Source of the DNA: an uncultured Bacteroidales bacterium
GTDB lineage: Bacteria > Bacteroidota > Bacteroidia > Bacteroidales > VadinHA17
Assembly (NCBI GenBank): GCA_963756885.1
Contig: CAVWPG010000004.1
Location: forward strand, 443,234-507,233
DNA length: 64,000 nucleotides
Direction of reading: 5' to 3'
Made by a program: the position numbers and the translations under genes. Below, in pieces: positions 21,665 through 33,981 of the stretch (the first letter of the stretch is position 1; each line of letters opens with the position of its first letter). Under the pieces are notes generated by a model. It saw only the letters and a list, made by a program, of their open reading frames with translations, made no database searches and was not told where the DNA came from.

Positions 21665-21959
21665 TATGATCGGTTATTGACAATAAAAAAATTTATCGCA
21701 AAAATAATAAAATGCTCCGTAATTATGCCTTATTGAATCGGGTCATCTCCTTATTATCAACGCAAATTTTCGATTTTCATTTTATATGGCACTGTTTTTG
21801 TAACCGGGGCCATCGCCAGTGGATTTTAACCGTTCAGGATAATAATAATTTCCTCCCCCGCGAGTTATTAATATATAATAGCTTACCCAATAACATATTG
21901 GTTTGTAATTTGATAAAATCTGAATAACTTTGGATAATAAACCGAAAACTGAAAATACT

Positions 21960-22811
21960 ATGGAAGAACACAAAAACATGATAGTTGTACCATGGGATTT
22001 CACGCCTGTAGCTTCACATGCCCTTGCCCATGCAGTGAAAATCAGCCGCATGGTGGGAAATGACATTACCCTGCTCCATATTGTCGAAACAGGAATAAGC
22101 CAGAAATCGCTGGCTGAGAAGAGGGCACACCTTCAGAGAGCAGCGGAAGAGGGCAGCAAAAAGTACAATATAACCCTGTCATGGAATATTACAAAGGGAA
22201 GCATCTTCCATGCAATTTCCGAGTTCGCCAATGAAAAGGAGGCCAGCCTTGTTGTAATGGGTACCCATGGAATGAAGGGGATGCAGAAGCTAACCGGGAG
22301 CTGGGCCCTGAAGGTAATGGTTAAATCGAAGGCACCTTTCATTGTAATTCAGGATCCCCCTTCCGACCAGGAAAAATATCACGACATAGTTTTCCCGGTC
22401 GATTTCAGGAGCGAGAACAAGGAGAAGATGAAGATGGCGATTTTCATGGGCAAGTATTTTGACTCGAAAATCCATATGTTCGTTGCAGGTACAACCGACA
22501 GGAACCTGGCAAAAAAGACCAAGATAAACCTGAACTTCGCTATAAAATACCTTATCCAGAACAATATTGAATACGAGATCCACGAAGTCCCCAAAAAGAA
22601 TTTTGCCCAGCAGACAATAGATTTCGCACAAAGCATAAGTGCCGACCTGATACTGATCATTACAACCAAGAATATAACTTTTGCCGATTATACATTTGGT
22701 GCTTCGGAACAATTTATAATAGCCAACAGTTCCAGGATTCCCGTAATTTGTGTCAATCCGAAAGTATCTTTCACAAAGCTCGGTCAGTTTATGGGTGGCT
22801 GGGGTGATTAG
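21960..22811 (+). CDS. Universal stress protein (tandem Usp domains)
   Basis: IVVPWDF, LVVMGTHG..G....GS, second IVFPVDF domain. Confidence 0.88.
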   Translation: MEEHKNMIVVPWDFTPVASHALAHAVKISRMVGNDITLLHIVETGISQKSLAEKRAHLQRAAEEGSKKYNITLSWNITKGSIFHAISEFANEKEASLVVMGTHGMKGMQKLTGSWALKVMVKSKAPFIVIQDPPSDQEKYHDIVFPVDFRSENKEKMKMAIFMGKYFDSKIHMFVAGTTDRNLAKKTKINLNFAIKYLIQNNIEYEIHEVPKKNFAQQTIDFAQSISADLILIITTKNITFADYTFGASEQFIIANSSRIPVICVNPKVSFTKLGQFMGGWGD

Positions 22812-22865
22812 TAATCTCCCTTTGCATTGTCGCAACAACGGTAATGGAGTAACAAAAACCGAAGT

Positions 22866-23780
22866 ATGTCAATTGTAGTTAAGGAGGTTACAAAGTTTTT
22901 TGGGCAGCAGAAGGCTCTTGATAATGTCTCCTTCGTGGTTAAAACAGGTGAGATAGCAGGTTTTCTCGGGCCGAATGGCGCCGGAAAATCGACTATGATG
23001 AGGATAATATCCGGATTTCTGCCTGCTGATGCCGGCAGGGTGCTTGTAAATGATCTGGAGGCTGAAGCTGACAGCACTGAAGTCAGGAAAATAATCGGCT
23101 ATCTTCCTGAAAATAACCCTCTTTATCCGGAAATGTATGTAAGGGAATACCTTGGCTTCGTTGCATCCATATATAAATCGGGCATACCGGTGAGAAAACA
23201 GGTGAATAACATTATTGAGGTCACCGGGCTTGCCCCTGAACAAAAAAAGAAGATAGGGTCGCTCTCGAAGGGATACAGGCAAAGGGTCGGACTCGCCCAG
23301 GCCCTTATCCACGATCCTTCTGTCCTTATCCTTGATGAAGCAACCACAGGCCTGGATCCCAACCAGATAGTTGAAATAAGAAACCTGATACGGGAAGCCG
23401 GCCGTGAAAAGACTGTCCTGATCTCAACACATATAATGCCGGAAGTTGAAGCAATTTGTGACAGGGTAATAATAATCGACAAGGGTGTAATCGTAGCCGA
23501 CGAAGATAAAAGCAATATCTATTCAGTGCTCAGGCAGTCAAAGCAGATTGTCCGCGTCGAATTCGACAGGGATATAGCTTCGATCGAACTGCCGGGTAAT
23601 CCCGCTGTAAGTAAAATTCAAAAACTCCGGGGTAATATCTGGGTCGTTGAAGCGGAAGGCGAGGAGGATATTCGACCTGCTGTCTTCAATTTTGCTGTCC
23701 GGAATGGCCTTACAGTGCTGTCGCTGCAAAAAAATGAGACCAACCTGGAGGAGGTTTTCAGACATCTCACGGGCAGCTGA
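22866..23780 (+). CDS. gldA: GldA-like ABC transporter ATP-binding protein
   Basis: GPNGAGKST, GYLPENNPLY, LSKGYRQRVGLAQA, GLDPNQ. Confidence 0.7.
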   Translation: MSIVVKEVTKFFGQQKALDNVSFVVKTGEIAGFLGPNGAGKSTMMRIISGFLPADAGRVLVNDLEAEADSTEVRKIIGYLPENNPLYPEMYVREYLGFVASIYKSGIPVRKQVNNIIEVTGLAPEQKKKIGSLSKGYRQRVGLAQALIHDPSVLILDEATTGLDPNQIVEIRNLIREAGREKTVLISTHIMPEVEAICDRVIIIDKGVIVADEDKSNIYSVLRQSKQIVRVEFDRDIASIELPGNPAVSKIQKLRGNIWVVEAEGEEDIRPAVFNFAVRNGLTVLSLQKNETNLEEVFRHLTGS

Positions 23781-23828
23781 TCATTTTGTATTTCCATTTT
23801 TTTTTACGTTCTTTGTCTCTTCATAGAC

Positions 23829-23907
23829 TGGTGGACAGATTTGAGCTGATTGCAACCACGGGAAAAAATGCTAAACCGCGTATGATTTCCTATTATATTT
23901 CAGCTTA
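23829..23907 (+). ncRNA. SAM-II-type riboswitch (long-loop variant) upstream of metK
   Basis: GTGG..GATTTG..TTGCAACCAC..AAATGCTAAA matches the SAM-II/SAM-alpha pattern; loop AGCTGA can pair with downstream TCAGCT (23900-23905). Confidence 0.75.
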
Positions 23908-23952
23908 ATCATCATCCCCCCGTTTACTTAATAAATTTAATATTATAGTATT

Positions 23953-25296
23953 ATGGGATATTTATTTACTTCAGAATCAGTTTCCGAAGGGCATCCTGAC
24001 AAGGTAGCTGATCAGATATCAGACGCACTTCTCGACGAATTTCTCAAATGGGACCCTGAATCAAAGGTTGCCTGTGAAACATTTGTTACAACAGGGCTTG
24101 TGGTGTGCGGTGGCGAAGTGCGCACGGAGGGCTGGGTCGATGTCCAGGAGACAGCCCGCAAGGTTATAAGGAATATTGGCTACACCAAGGCAGAATACAG
24201 GTTCGATTGCGATTCATGCGGCGTCATCTCGACAATACATGAACAGTCGAGTGATATCAGACAGGGAGTGGTGAGGGAAAAACCTGAGGAGCAGGGTGCA
24301 GGTGACCAGGGGATGATGTTCGGCTATGCATGCCGCGAAATGGATAACCTCATGCCCCTTACAATTGAGCTGGCGCACAGGCTTCTGCATGAACTTGCCG
24401 AGATAAGGCGCTCAGGGAAACAGATGAAATACCTCAGACCCGACAGTAAATCACAGGTAACTGTAGAGTACGATGACAATAATCAGCCTCTTCGCATCGA
24501 TTCAATTGTTATCAGTACCCAGCACGATGAATTCATCCTGCCAAAGGGCAAGTCTCATGCTTCTGAACTGGCGGCAGAAAAAGCCATGCAGGAGGCGATC
24601 ACAGCCGATGTAAGAAAGATCCTCATACCCAGGGTAATGAAACTGCTCCCGGCCAGGATCAGGAAATTATTCAACAGCGATTTCAAGCTCTTTGTAAACC
24701 CTACCGGAAAATTTGTTATCGGTGGCCCGCACGGAGACACAGGCCTTACAGGGAGAAAGATCATAGTAGACACATATGGCGGTCACGGGGCACATGGCGG
24801 CGGAGCCTTCTCAGGCAAAGACTCGTCGAAGGTTGACAGGTCTGCAGCCTATGCAGCCAGGCATATAGCAAAGAACATGGTTGCCGCCGGGGTATGCGAC
24901 CAGGCTCTTATCCAGGTGGCTTATGCAATCGGAGTTGCCGACCCGGTAGGGCTTTATATCAATACCTTCGGTACTGCAAAAGTGAAGGACAAAAAAGGAG
25001 TGGTGCTCCCCGACGGAGAGATAGCACAGAAAATCTCCAGGCTATTCGATATGCGCCCCTATTCGATTGTGAAGCGCTTTGGCCTTAAGGACCCCGTTTT
25101 CCTTATAACATCATCATATGGCCACTTTGGTCGCGAAAGCTTTGTCGGCAACGTTGATGTCTATTATGAAGTTCCGGGCAGCAAGCCGAAAGGGGTGAAC
25201 GGCAATGGCAAAAAGGTTTACCAGAAAAAGGTTGAATTCTTTGCCTGGGAGAAGCTGGATTATACCGAGAGGATCAAAAAGGAATTTAAGCTATAA
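23953..25296 (+). CDS. metK: S-adenosylmethionine synthetase
   Basis: [28 protein letters not shown]. Confidence 0.97.
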   Translation: MGYLFTSESVSEGHPDKVADQISDALLDEFLKWDPESKVACETFVTTGLVVCGGEVRTEGWVDVQETARKVIRNIGYTKAEYRFDCDSCGVISTIHEQSSDIRQGVVREKPEEQGAGDQGMMFGYACREMDNLMPLTIELAHRLLHELAEIRRSGKQMKYLRPDSKSQVTVEYDDNNQPLRIDSIVISTQHDEFILPKGKSHASELAAEKAMQEAITADVRKILIPRVMKLLPARIRKLFNSDFKLFVNPTGKFVIGGPHGDTGLTGRKIIVDTYGGHGAHGGGAFSGKDSSKVDRSAAYAARHIAKNMVAAGVCDQALIQVAYAIGVADPVGLYINTFGTAKVKDKKGVVLPDGEIAQKISRLFDMRPYSIVKRFGLKDPVFLITSSYGHFGRESFVGNVDVYYEVPGSKPKGVNGNGKKVYQKKVEFFAWEKLDYTERIKKEFKL

Positions 25297-25326
25297 CGCG
25301 GTTACCCGCATTGAAGATGGCATCCC

Positions 25327-26205
25327 ATGAATATTCTCGACGAACTTAAGGAAAAAAAGGTCCTGATCTCCGACGGAGCATTGGGAACAATACTGCAATC
25401 CAGGGGACTGGGGCCCGGTGAATGTCCTGAGTTGTGGAACATAACTCACAGAGACGTAATAAGTGAAATAGCTGAATCCTATATCAGGGCAGGAGCAGAT
25501 ATTATAACCACGAACAGCTTCGGGGGAAGCAGGATAAAGCTTTCACAGTATGGGCTGGCCGACAGGACTGCCGAACTTAACAGGGCCTCGGCAGCTATAT
25601 GCCGTGAGGCTGCAGGACCGGCCAGACATGTGGCCGGATCGGTGGGTCCGACAGGTAAAATGCTTCTCATGGGCGATATCACGGAGGAGGAACTGTATGA
25701 TGCTTTCAGTGAACAGTCAGCAGCCCTGGAAGAGGGAGGCGCCGATATTATCATTATAGAAACAATGTCGGCCGCGGATGAGGCATCGCTCGCCGTAAAG
25801 GCAGCCAGGGCCGCTACTGCATGCACCGTAATAGTTACAATGACCTTCTCTCCCGACAATAACGGAAGCTATCATACGATGATGGGAGTCTCACCTGAAG
25901 AGATGGCTTCACTGATGAAGGCTTCGGGAGCCCACATAATAGGATCAAACTGCGGAAACGGTATAGGCGATATGATCGGAATCACGAACGCCATCCGTTC
26001 CTCCGGCAACCAGATCCCCATAATAATACAGGCAAATGCCGGAATGCCCGATCTTATCGATGGGGTGACCGTTTTCCATGACACTCCTGAAGGGATGGCT
26101 TCATTCGTGCCCCGACTGATAAGTGCCGGAGCCGTAATAATAGGGGGATGCTGTGGCACTACGCCGGCACATATAAGGAGAATGGCGGAGGCAGCCGGAC
26201 GCTAA
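25327..26205 (+). CDS. Stand-alone homocysteine S-methyltransferase domain protein
   Basis: [35 protein letters not shown]. Confidence 0.9.
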   Translation: MNILDELKEKKVLISDGALGTILQSRGLGPGECPELWNITHRDVISEIAESYIRAGADIITTNSFGGSRIKLSQYGLADRTAELNRASAAICREAAGPARHVAGSVGPTGKMLLMGDITEEELYDAFSEQSAALEEGGADIIIIETMSAADEASLAVKAARAATACTVIVTMTFSPDNNGSYHTMMGVSPEEMASLMKASGAHIIGSNCGNGIGDMIGITNAIRSSGNQIPIIIQANAGMPDLIDGVTVFHDTPEGMASFVPRLISAGAVIIGGCCGTTPAHIRRMAEAAGR

Positions 26206-27155
26206 AAAGAGGCCTTGACGATCCTGGCAATATTATCCGACCGGCCGAGCGTATAATAATGGATCCCGGGAACACCTTCCTTAATAAGTTCCCTCGACTG
26301 CATGGCAGCCCATTCGATACCTACCTCCCTTGCATCACTGTCGCTCCTGCAATTCTGAACTGCAGTGACCAGGTCATTGGGAAGATCGATGTGAAAGACC
26401 TGGGGCAATAATTTTATGTCGTTGAGCGCTGATATGGGCTTCATGCCGGCCACAATGGGAACATTAATACCGGCCTTTCTGCAATCATCCCTGAAACGGC
26501 AGAACTTATTGTTGTCAAAAAACATCTGTGTTACGATATAGCTCGCCCCGGCCTCGATCTTAAGCTTCAGGTTCGTAAGATCAACCTGCCTGTTCGGAGC
26601 TTCAAAATGCTTTTCAGGATAACCGGCCACCCCGACACAAAAGTTTGTTGGAAATGTATCTTCAAGCGATTCCTCAAGATATTTGCCATTATTCATATTC
26701 ATGATCTGCCTTACCAGCTCGTGGGTATGGGCATGCCCCTCCTTCTCTGCGATGAATCTGCGGCTTCCCTTTTGCGGATCACCCCTCAATGCAAGGACAT
26801 CGTCGATACCAAGAAAATTCATTTCGATAAGTACATTTTCAGTCTCTTCCTTAGTGAACCCACCGCATAGAATATGAGGTACAACCGTAATGTTGTACTT
26901 ATACTTCACAGCCGCAGCAAGGGCTATTGTCCCTGGTCTCAGGCGTACAACCCTCCTCTCCAGCAGCCCGTCAGGCCGCTCATGATAGATTGTTTCGTTC
27001 CTGTGCGATGTAAAGTTTATGTAAGCAGGATTAAACTCTAGCAGGCGCTCGATAGCAGTATAAATTCTTTCAATGCTGTGTCCCTTGAGGGGAGGAAGAA
27101 GCTCGAAGGTGAAGAGAGGCCCGGTGGCATTCTTAATCTTGTCAATAACACTCAT
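26202..27155 (-). CDS. metF: 5,10-methylenetetrahydrofolate reductase
   Basis: LALRGDP, VAGYPEKH, IVTQMFFD, IHYYT. Confidence 0.95.
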   Translation of the reverse strand: MSVIDKIKNATGPLFTFELLPPLKGHSIERIYTAIERLLEFNPAYINFTSHRNETIYHERPDGLLERRVVRLRPGTIALAAAVKYKYNITVVPHILCGGFTKEETENVLIEMNFLGIDDVLALRGDPQKGSRRFIAEKEGHAHTHELVRQIMNMNNGKYLEESLEDTFPTNFCVGVAGYPEKHFEAPNRQVDLTNLKLKIEAGASYIVTQMFFDNNKFCRFRDDCRKAGINVPIVAGMKPISALNDIKLLPQVFHIDLPNDLVTAVQNCRSDSDAREVGIEWAAMQSRELIKEGVPGIHYYTLGRSDNIARIVKASF

Positions 27156-27164
27156 ATAATCAGA

Positions 27165-30100
27165 TCATAAGTTAGGAGCAAGCCATCTGGCTGCTTCATT
27201 AATTGTCATATTTTTACGTTTGGCATAGTCTTCGAGCTGATCGGTATTTATCTTGCCTATATTAAAATAGCTTGATCCTGAATGCGAGAAGATATATGCG
27301 CTTACAGACGCAGGAGGTACCATGGCATAATTTTCAGTAAGCCTTGCACCGATAAGCTTTTCTGCTCCCAGGAGGTCAAAGATAACCTGTTTTTCCGTAT
27401 GATCGGGACATGCGGGATATCCTGGAGCAGGCCGGATCCCCCTGTATTTTGCCTTTAGAAGATCCTCTGTGTCGAGATTCTCGTCAGCAGCATAACCCCA
27501 ATAATCTTTTCGTATCCTTTCGTGCAGCCATTCCGCGGCCGCCTCAGCCAGCCTGTCGCTCAGTATTCTGATCATAATGGAGGCGTAATCATCGTCCGCA
27601 TACTTCTTCATAACGGTATCGTCGATGTCGGCAGTGACTACAAACAAGCCTATATTATCTCTGAGCCCCGTAGTTTCAGGCGCTATATAATCAGAGAGGG
27701 AGAGATTCGGTACCCCCTTCTCCTTGGGCTCCTGGTTTCTTAAAAACCTGAGCACGGCTGCCGGCTCAATGCTGTCCTTTCCCTTATATACTTTTACATC
27801 ATCTCCCACCGATACGGCAGGATAGAGAGCAAATACAGCCCTGGCCGAGAGAAGCCTGCTATCGATTATCTCCTCCAGGTACCGGAGGGCATCATCAAAC
27901 AGCTTCCTGGCCTCGGCCCCTTTGACCGGATCACTGAAGATAGCCGGGTATTTGCCCGACAGCTTCCATGAAAAGAAAAAGAAGGTCCAGTCGATATAAT
28001 CCTTCAGAACGCTCAGGTCAATCTCCGGCATGTGATGAAGACCAGGCTTCAGAGGCCCGAAAAGATCCGAATCCTTCCAGTCTGTAATTAGCCTGTTCTT
28101 CCTGGCATCATCAAGTGAAAGAAGATTCCTCTCGCTCTGCCTGGAATTATGATCCTCCCTCATCCTGTCATACTTCTCCCTCATCGAGGCTGTATATGCG
28201 GTGTTATCCTTTTGAAGCAGAGCTGAAATCACACCAGCAGCCTTTGAAGCGTCCTTGACATGAATAACAGGGTTTGAGTATGCCGGTGCAACCTTTACTG
28301 CCGCATGGATCTCCGAGGTCGTGGCACCGCCGATAAGCAGAGGGATCCTGATCTTCCTCCTTTCCATTTCGGCGGCAACATGTACCATCTCCTCGAGCGA
28401 AGGGGTTATCAGGCCACTGAGTCCTATTATATCGACATTATCCCTTATTGCGGTATCTATTATCCTGTCGGCCGGAACCATTACTCCCAGGTCAGTGATC
28501 TCATAGTTATTGCATGAGAGCACAACGCCCACAATGTTCTTGCCTATATCATGGACATCGCCCTTGACGGTTGCGAGCAGCACCTTTCCGGCTATTTTCT
28601 TCTCCTCCCCCTCGCTTTCCATCTCGATATAAGGGGCAAGCTTTGCAACAGCTTTCTTCATCACCCTGGCACTTTTGACAACCTGCGGAAGGAACATCCT
28701 GCCGGATCCGAAAAGGTCGCCGACTTCATTCATCCCTCCCATCAGCGGCCCTTCAATGAGCTCAATCGATCTTCTGAACAATGAGCGTGCCTCCTCCACA
28801 TCCTGTTCGATGAATTCATCTATTCCCCTTATAAGTGAATGCTTTATCCTTTCGATCACGGGCAGCTGCCTCCATGCGTCCTCCTTTTCCTCTTTCTTCC
28901 CTTCATTCTGAATGCCTTCGGCAAATTTTACAAGTCTCTCGGTGGCGTCTTTCCTTCTGTTAAGTATAACATCTTCTGTAAGATGAAGAAGATCAGGATC
29001 TATTTCCGTGTAAACCTGCAGCATGCCGGGATTTACAATAGCCATATCGAGACCTGCCCTGATTGCATGATACAGAAAAACCGAGTGCATTGCCTCGCGT
29101 ACCTTATCAGTGCCGCGAAATGAGAATGAGAGGTTGCTGATGCCTCCGCTTACCCTGGCAAAAGGCAGGTTTTTCTTGATCCACTCGACCGCTCTCATGT
29201 AGTTTACGGCATATTCGTTGTGTTCTTCAATGCCTGTTGCGACAGCAAGTACATTGGGATCGAATATTATATCTTCGGGCGGAAAGGCAAGCTTATCGAC
29301 AAGCAAACGGTACGACCGTTCCGCCACCTTTATCCTTTTTTCAAGGGAATCTGCCTGGCCCGACTCATCGAATAGCATCACGACCACGGCTGCCCCATAT
29401 CGTCTGACCTTGCGGGCATGCTCAAGAAACACCTCCTCCCCCTCCTTCAGGCTTATTGAATTAACCACCGATTTGCCCTGGATGCATTTGAGGGCCGATT
29501 CAATTACAACCCATTTGGATGAATCAATCATCAGGGGAAGCTTTGCAATATCAGGTTCAGACATCACAAGATTCACGAACCTCACCATCGCTTTTTCAGA
29601 ATCGAGCATAGCCTCGTCCATGCAGATATCGATGACATTGGCTCCCCCTTCAACCTGGTTCCGTGCAACGGCAAGCGCCTCATCGTACTTTTCGTCCCTT
29701 ATAAGGCGCGCAAACCTGATCGAGCCCGATACATTTGTTCTTTCACCAATATTGATGAAATTTGTCTCTGGTGTTATAGTGAGAGGCTCAAGGCCGCTAA
29801 GCCTGGTGTATCTCTTTATTTCCGGCTTTACCCTGGGCCTGTATTGCCTTGCCGCTTCTGCAATCTTCCGGATATGCAGGGGTGTAGTCCCGCAACAACC
29901 GCCGATTATATTGATCCAGCCCTCCTTCATGAAATCATCTGCAATGGAAGCCATAAACTGCAGCGCTCTGATCATACTCCCCAAACTGGTTTGGCAGGCC
30001 CGCATTCGGGTGTACAGAAACATAAAATCCCGTCTTTCCCGATAATTCCTCAACAAAGGGCCTCAGCTGTTCGGCTCCTAGCGCACAATTAAGACCCAGG

Positions 30101-30816
30101 CTAAGCAGTGGAAAATGAGAAACCGATATTATAAATGCTTCCAGGGTCTGTCCTGTAAGGGTTCGTCCGCTGGCATCCGTGATCGTACCGGAAACCATCA
30201 CCGGCAGCCTGATACCCTTTTCCTCAAATACTGAATCAATTGCAAACAACGCCGCTTTGCAGTTGAGGACATCAAAAATCGTTTCGACCATAAGCAGATC
30301 GACTCCTCCGTCAATCAGCCCCCTGGTCTGCTCCGAATATGCCTCAGCCAGCTGGTCGAAATTAACCATCCTGGCGCCAGGGTCATTGACATCCGACGAC
30401 ATTGAAGCCGTACGGTTCGTGGGCCCGAGGGTACCAACAACAAAGTGTGTCCCGCCTCCCGCAGCCTCCTCGTATTCAGAGATGGTCTCAGCCGCAATGC
30501 GTGCCGCCTGAAAATTCATCTCGTAAACAATCTCCTCCATCCCATAATCACTCATGGAGATCCTGTTCGAATTAAATGTATTCGTTGTAATGATATCTGC
30601 CCCGGCTTCGAGATATTGCCTGTGGATGCCCTTTATGATCTCAGGCCTGGTGAGGGAAAGGAGGTCATTATTCCCCTTCTGGGGATTTGAATGATCCCTG
30701 AACCTTTCACCCCGGAAATCATTCTCCTTCAGCTTGTGCTTCTGGATCATGGTCCCCATCGCTCCGTCGAGGATCAGGATCTTCTTCTCAATAATATCTT
30801 CAATCTTGTGTTTCAA
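27165..30816 (-). CDS. metH: B12-dependent methionine synthase, split by one frameshift near 29960
   Basis: 5' ORF ([18 protein letters not shown]) and 3' ORF ([33 protein letters not shown]) join with a single frame change. Confidence 0.9.
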
Positions 30817-30990
30817 TACTTTTTATGTGTTAATTCATCTATGGTTTGCTTGTTACTAAGTACGTTTTTTCCTGGTTTACCTCACTGAACACCGGGTTGC
30901 CTTTCTGACTCCTGTTCCCTGACCCCCTGTCCCCAAAAGGGGGATTAAAATCCATCGTGTTAGCGATTCAGCCTCTATTCAGGCGTTCCG

Positions 30991-32208
30991 TTACGGAAAC
31001 TGTGGCGATCTAACTACTTTTCTCCCGGTATTCACTATAAAAACATCCATTGCCGCAAGTTGTTCCCTGATGGCATAAAGTCTTTCAAGATTTACAACCC
31101 CGATAACATATTTAAAGAACTTACCGCTAAAGTATTCCGAGACTTCCTCAAATCCAAATAATTCCCTGTCCTTTTCATCCTTATACCTGAGGTAAACCTC
31201 AAGCAGGTGGTTTCGGGTATATTCGGAAACTGTTCCCTGCTGGAATTTTTTATATTCATACCTGTAACCATAAGAGTTAGCCGAGATATCCGACAGAACG
31301 GCGCTGCCAGTGGCATGCCCTCCGGCTCCCTTGCCGCTGAAGAACTGCTTGTCGGCAAAAGCAGCCTCGGTTATTACGCCGTTATACTCATTATCAACAT
31401 TATAAAGGTATTTATCTGACGAGATAAACCTGGGAAGCACAAAGCTTGTAATTGTACTGTCGTTTGTTTTCCCTACAAACGGAACGAGCTTGATCTTGAA
31501 ACCTTTCTCCCTGGCATACTGTATATCAAATCCCGATATAGTCCTGATGCCGTAATGAAATACTTCGTCAGGTTCAAGGAAGAGGCCGTAGGCATGGCCC
31601 GTAATGATGCATAGCTTGTATTTTGCATCCCATCCGTCGACATCGAGGGTCGGATCGGATTCGGCGAAACCCTTCGCCTGAGCCTCCTTCAACGCATCGG
31701 CATATTGGATTCCCTCATTATACATTTTTGTAAGGATATAGTTGGTAGTGCCATTTAGAATGCCTCGAAGTGAATGCAAAAGTTCATTATCGTAGTACTC
31801 CTCGAGGTTTCTGATAATCGGAATACTGGCCCCTGCAGAGGCCTCGTACAGAAGCGATACCTTGTAGAGTCCCTGCATCTCAACCAGTTCCCTGAAATGT
31901 TTTGCAACCATCATCTTGTTGGCAGTAACCACATTCTTGCCATTCTTCATTGCTGTAGTCACAATGCTGAAGGCCTCCTCGGCATCATCAATAAGCTCCA
32001 CAACAAGATTTATAGATGTATCATTTAGAATATCATTCTTGTCAAAAGTGAAATTCGACATATCGATCCTGCGCTTCTTGTTCCGGTCCTTCACACAGAT
32101 CCTGACTATATCGGCCTTGAATCCCTTGCTGCTGTTAAGGACATCATGCAGTCCCTGGCCGACACATCCGTATCCGAATAATCCTATCCTTAGTTTTTCC
32201 CTTGTCAT
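30991..32208 (-). CDS. hom: Homoserine dehydrogenase
   Basis: GYGCVG, VVTANK, GILNGTTNYIL, GFAESDPTLDVDG, GKGAGG. Confidence 0.93.
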   Translation of the reverse strand: MTREKLRIGLFGYGCVGQGLHDVLNSSKGFKADIVRICVKDRNKKRRIDMSNFTFDKNDILNDTSINLVVELIDDAEEAFSIVTTAMKNGKNVVTANKMMVAKHFRELVEMQGLYKVSLLYEASAGASIPIIRNLEEYYDNELLHSLRGILNGTTNYILTKMYNEGIQYADALKEAQAKGFAESDPTLDVDGWDAKYKLCIITGHAYGLFLEPDEVFHYGIRTISGFDIQYAREKGFKIKLVPFVGKTNDSTITSFVLPRFISSDKYLYNVDNEYNGVITEAAFADKQFFSGKGAGGHATGSAVLSDISANSYGYRYEYKKFQQGTVSEYTRNHLLEVYLRYKDEKDRELFGFEEVSEYFSGKFFKYVIGVVNLERLYAIREQLAAMDVFIVNTGRKVVRSPQFP

Positions 32209-32221
32209 CTCTGATCAGTTT

Positions 32222-33544
<1,323 letters not shown>

Positions 33545-33624
33545 TTAAAATTCCATAATGACGGCAGATAAAAAATACAAATGTCTTTATCGCCGGTGTT
33601 GAAAAAAATGAAGCTGGTTGGAAA

Positions 33625-33702
33625 TCAGAGTTCCTGACGGCACATGCACATAGGCATGAGAGGCATAATGAAGTTGTTGTGAGTGAGATGAATCGAATTC
33701 AT
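33625..33702 (-). CDS. Putative Met/Cys-rich leader peptide [25 protein letters not shown]
   Basis: 25-aa ORF read by hand between the SAM-I aptamer and metY; 4 Met and 2 Cys codons within 9 codons. Confidence 0.65.
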   Translation of the reverse strand: MNSIHLTHNNFIMPLMPMCMCRQEL

Positions 33703-33718
33703 TGTTTCAGTGTTAAAT

Positions 33719-33828
33719 TTTTATTATCTCCCGGCTTTCCGGGATTAGGTTTTGGCACCGTTCTCTGCCATCAGGCAGTGGTTGCCAGGGTTTCACAGAG
33801 CCTAATCTCTTCACCCTTCTTAATAAAA
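33719..33828 (-). ncRNA. SAM-I (S-box) riboswitch
   Basis: Minus strand TTATTAAGAAGGGTGAAGAGA..GAAACCCTGGCAACC..GGTGCCAA..AGATAATAA; upstream of the met operon. Confidence 0.88.
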
Positions 33829-33869
33829 ACCAAACACCCTCTACGGAAGGAATATTTGATTTGTGCGGA

Positions 33870-33963
33870 CAAAGGTAGAAATGATTTTCTTAAATACAAA
33901 ATATTTCGTTTCCCCTTATATTTCATTATGGCATCAATAAAAAAAATATTTACCTTACTTTTG
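33870..33963. promoter_or_regulatory. Divergent -7 boxes for the met operon and cysS
   Basis: TACCTTTG on minus (33870-33877), TACTTTTG on plus (33956-33963). Confidence 0.6.
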
Positions 33964-33981
33964 TCAGATCAAATCCACCTT

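Noticed and set aside
29218-30045. 275-aa plus-strand ORF and many similar antisense ORFs
   Set aside because: Antisense shadows of well-supported genes
29935-30056. Programmed frameshift or natural split in metH
   Set aside because: No slippery heptamer; the break is inside the Hcy-binding domain; other indels in the window point to assembly error
33679-33981. 101-aa N-terminal extension of CysS
   Set aside because: Runs antisense through the SAM-I riboswitch and both promoters; homology starts at 33982
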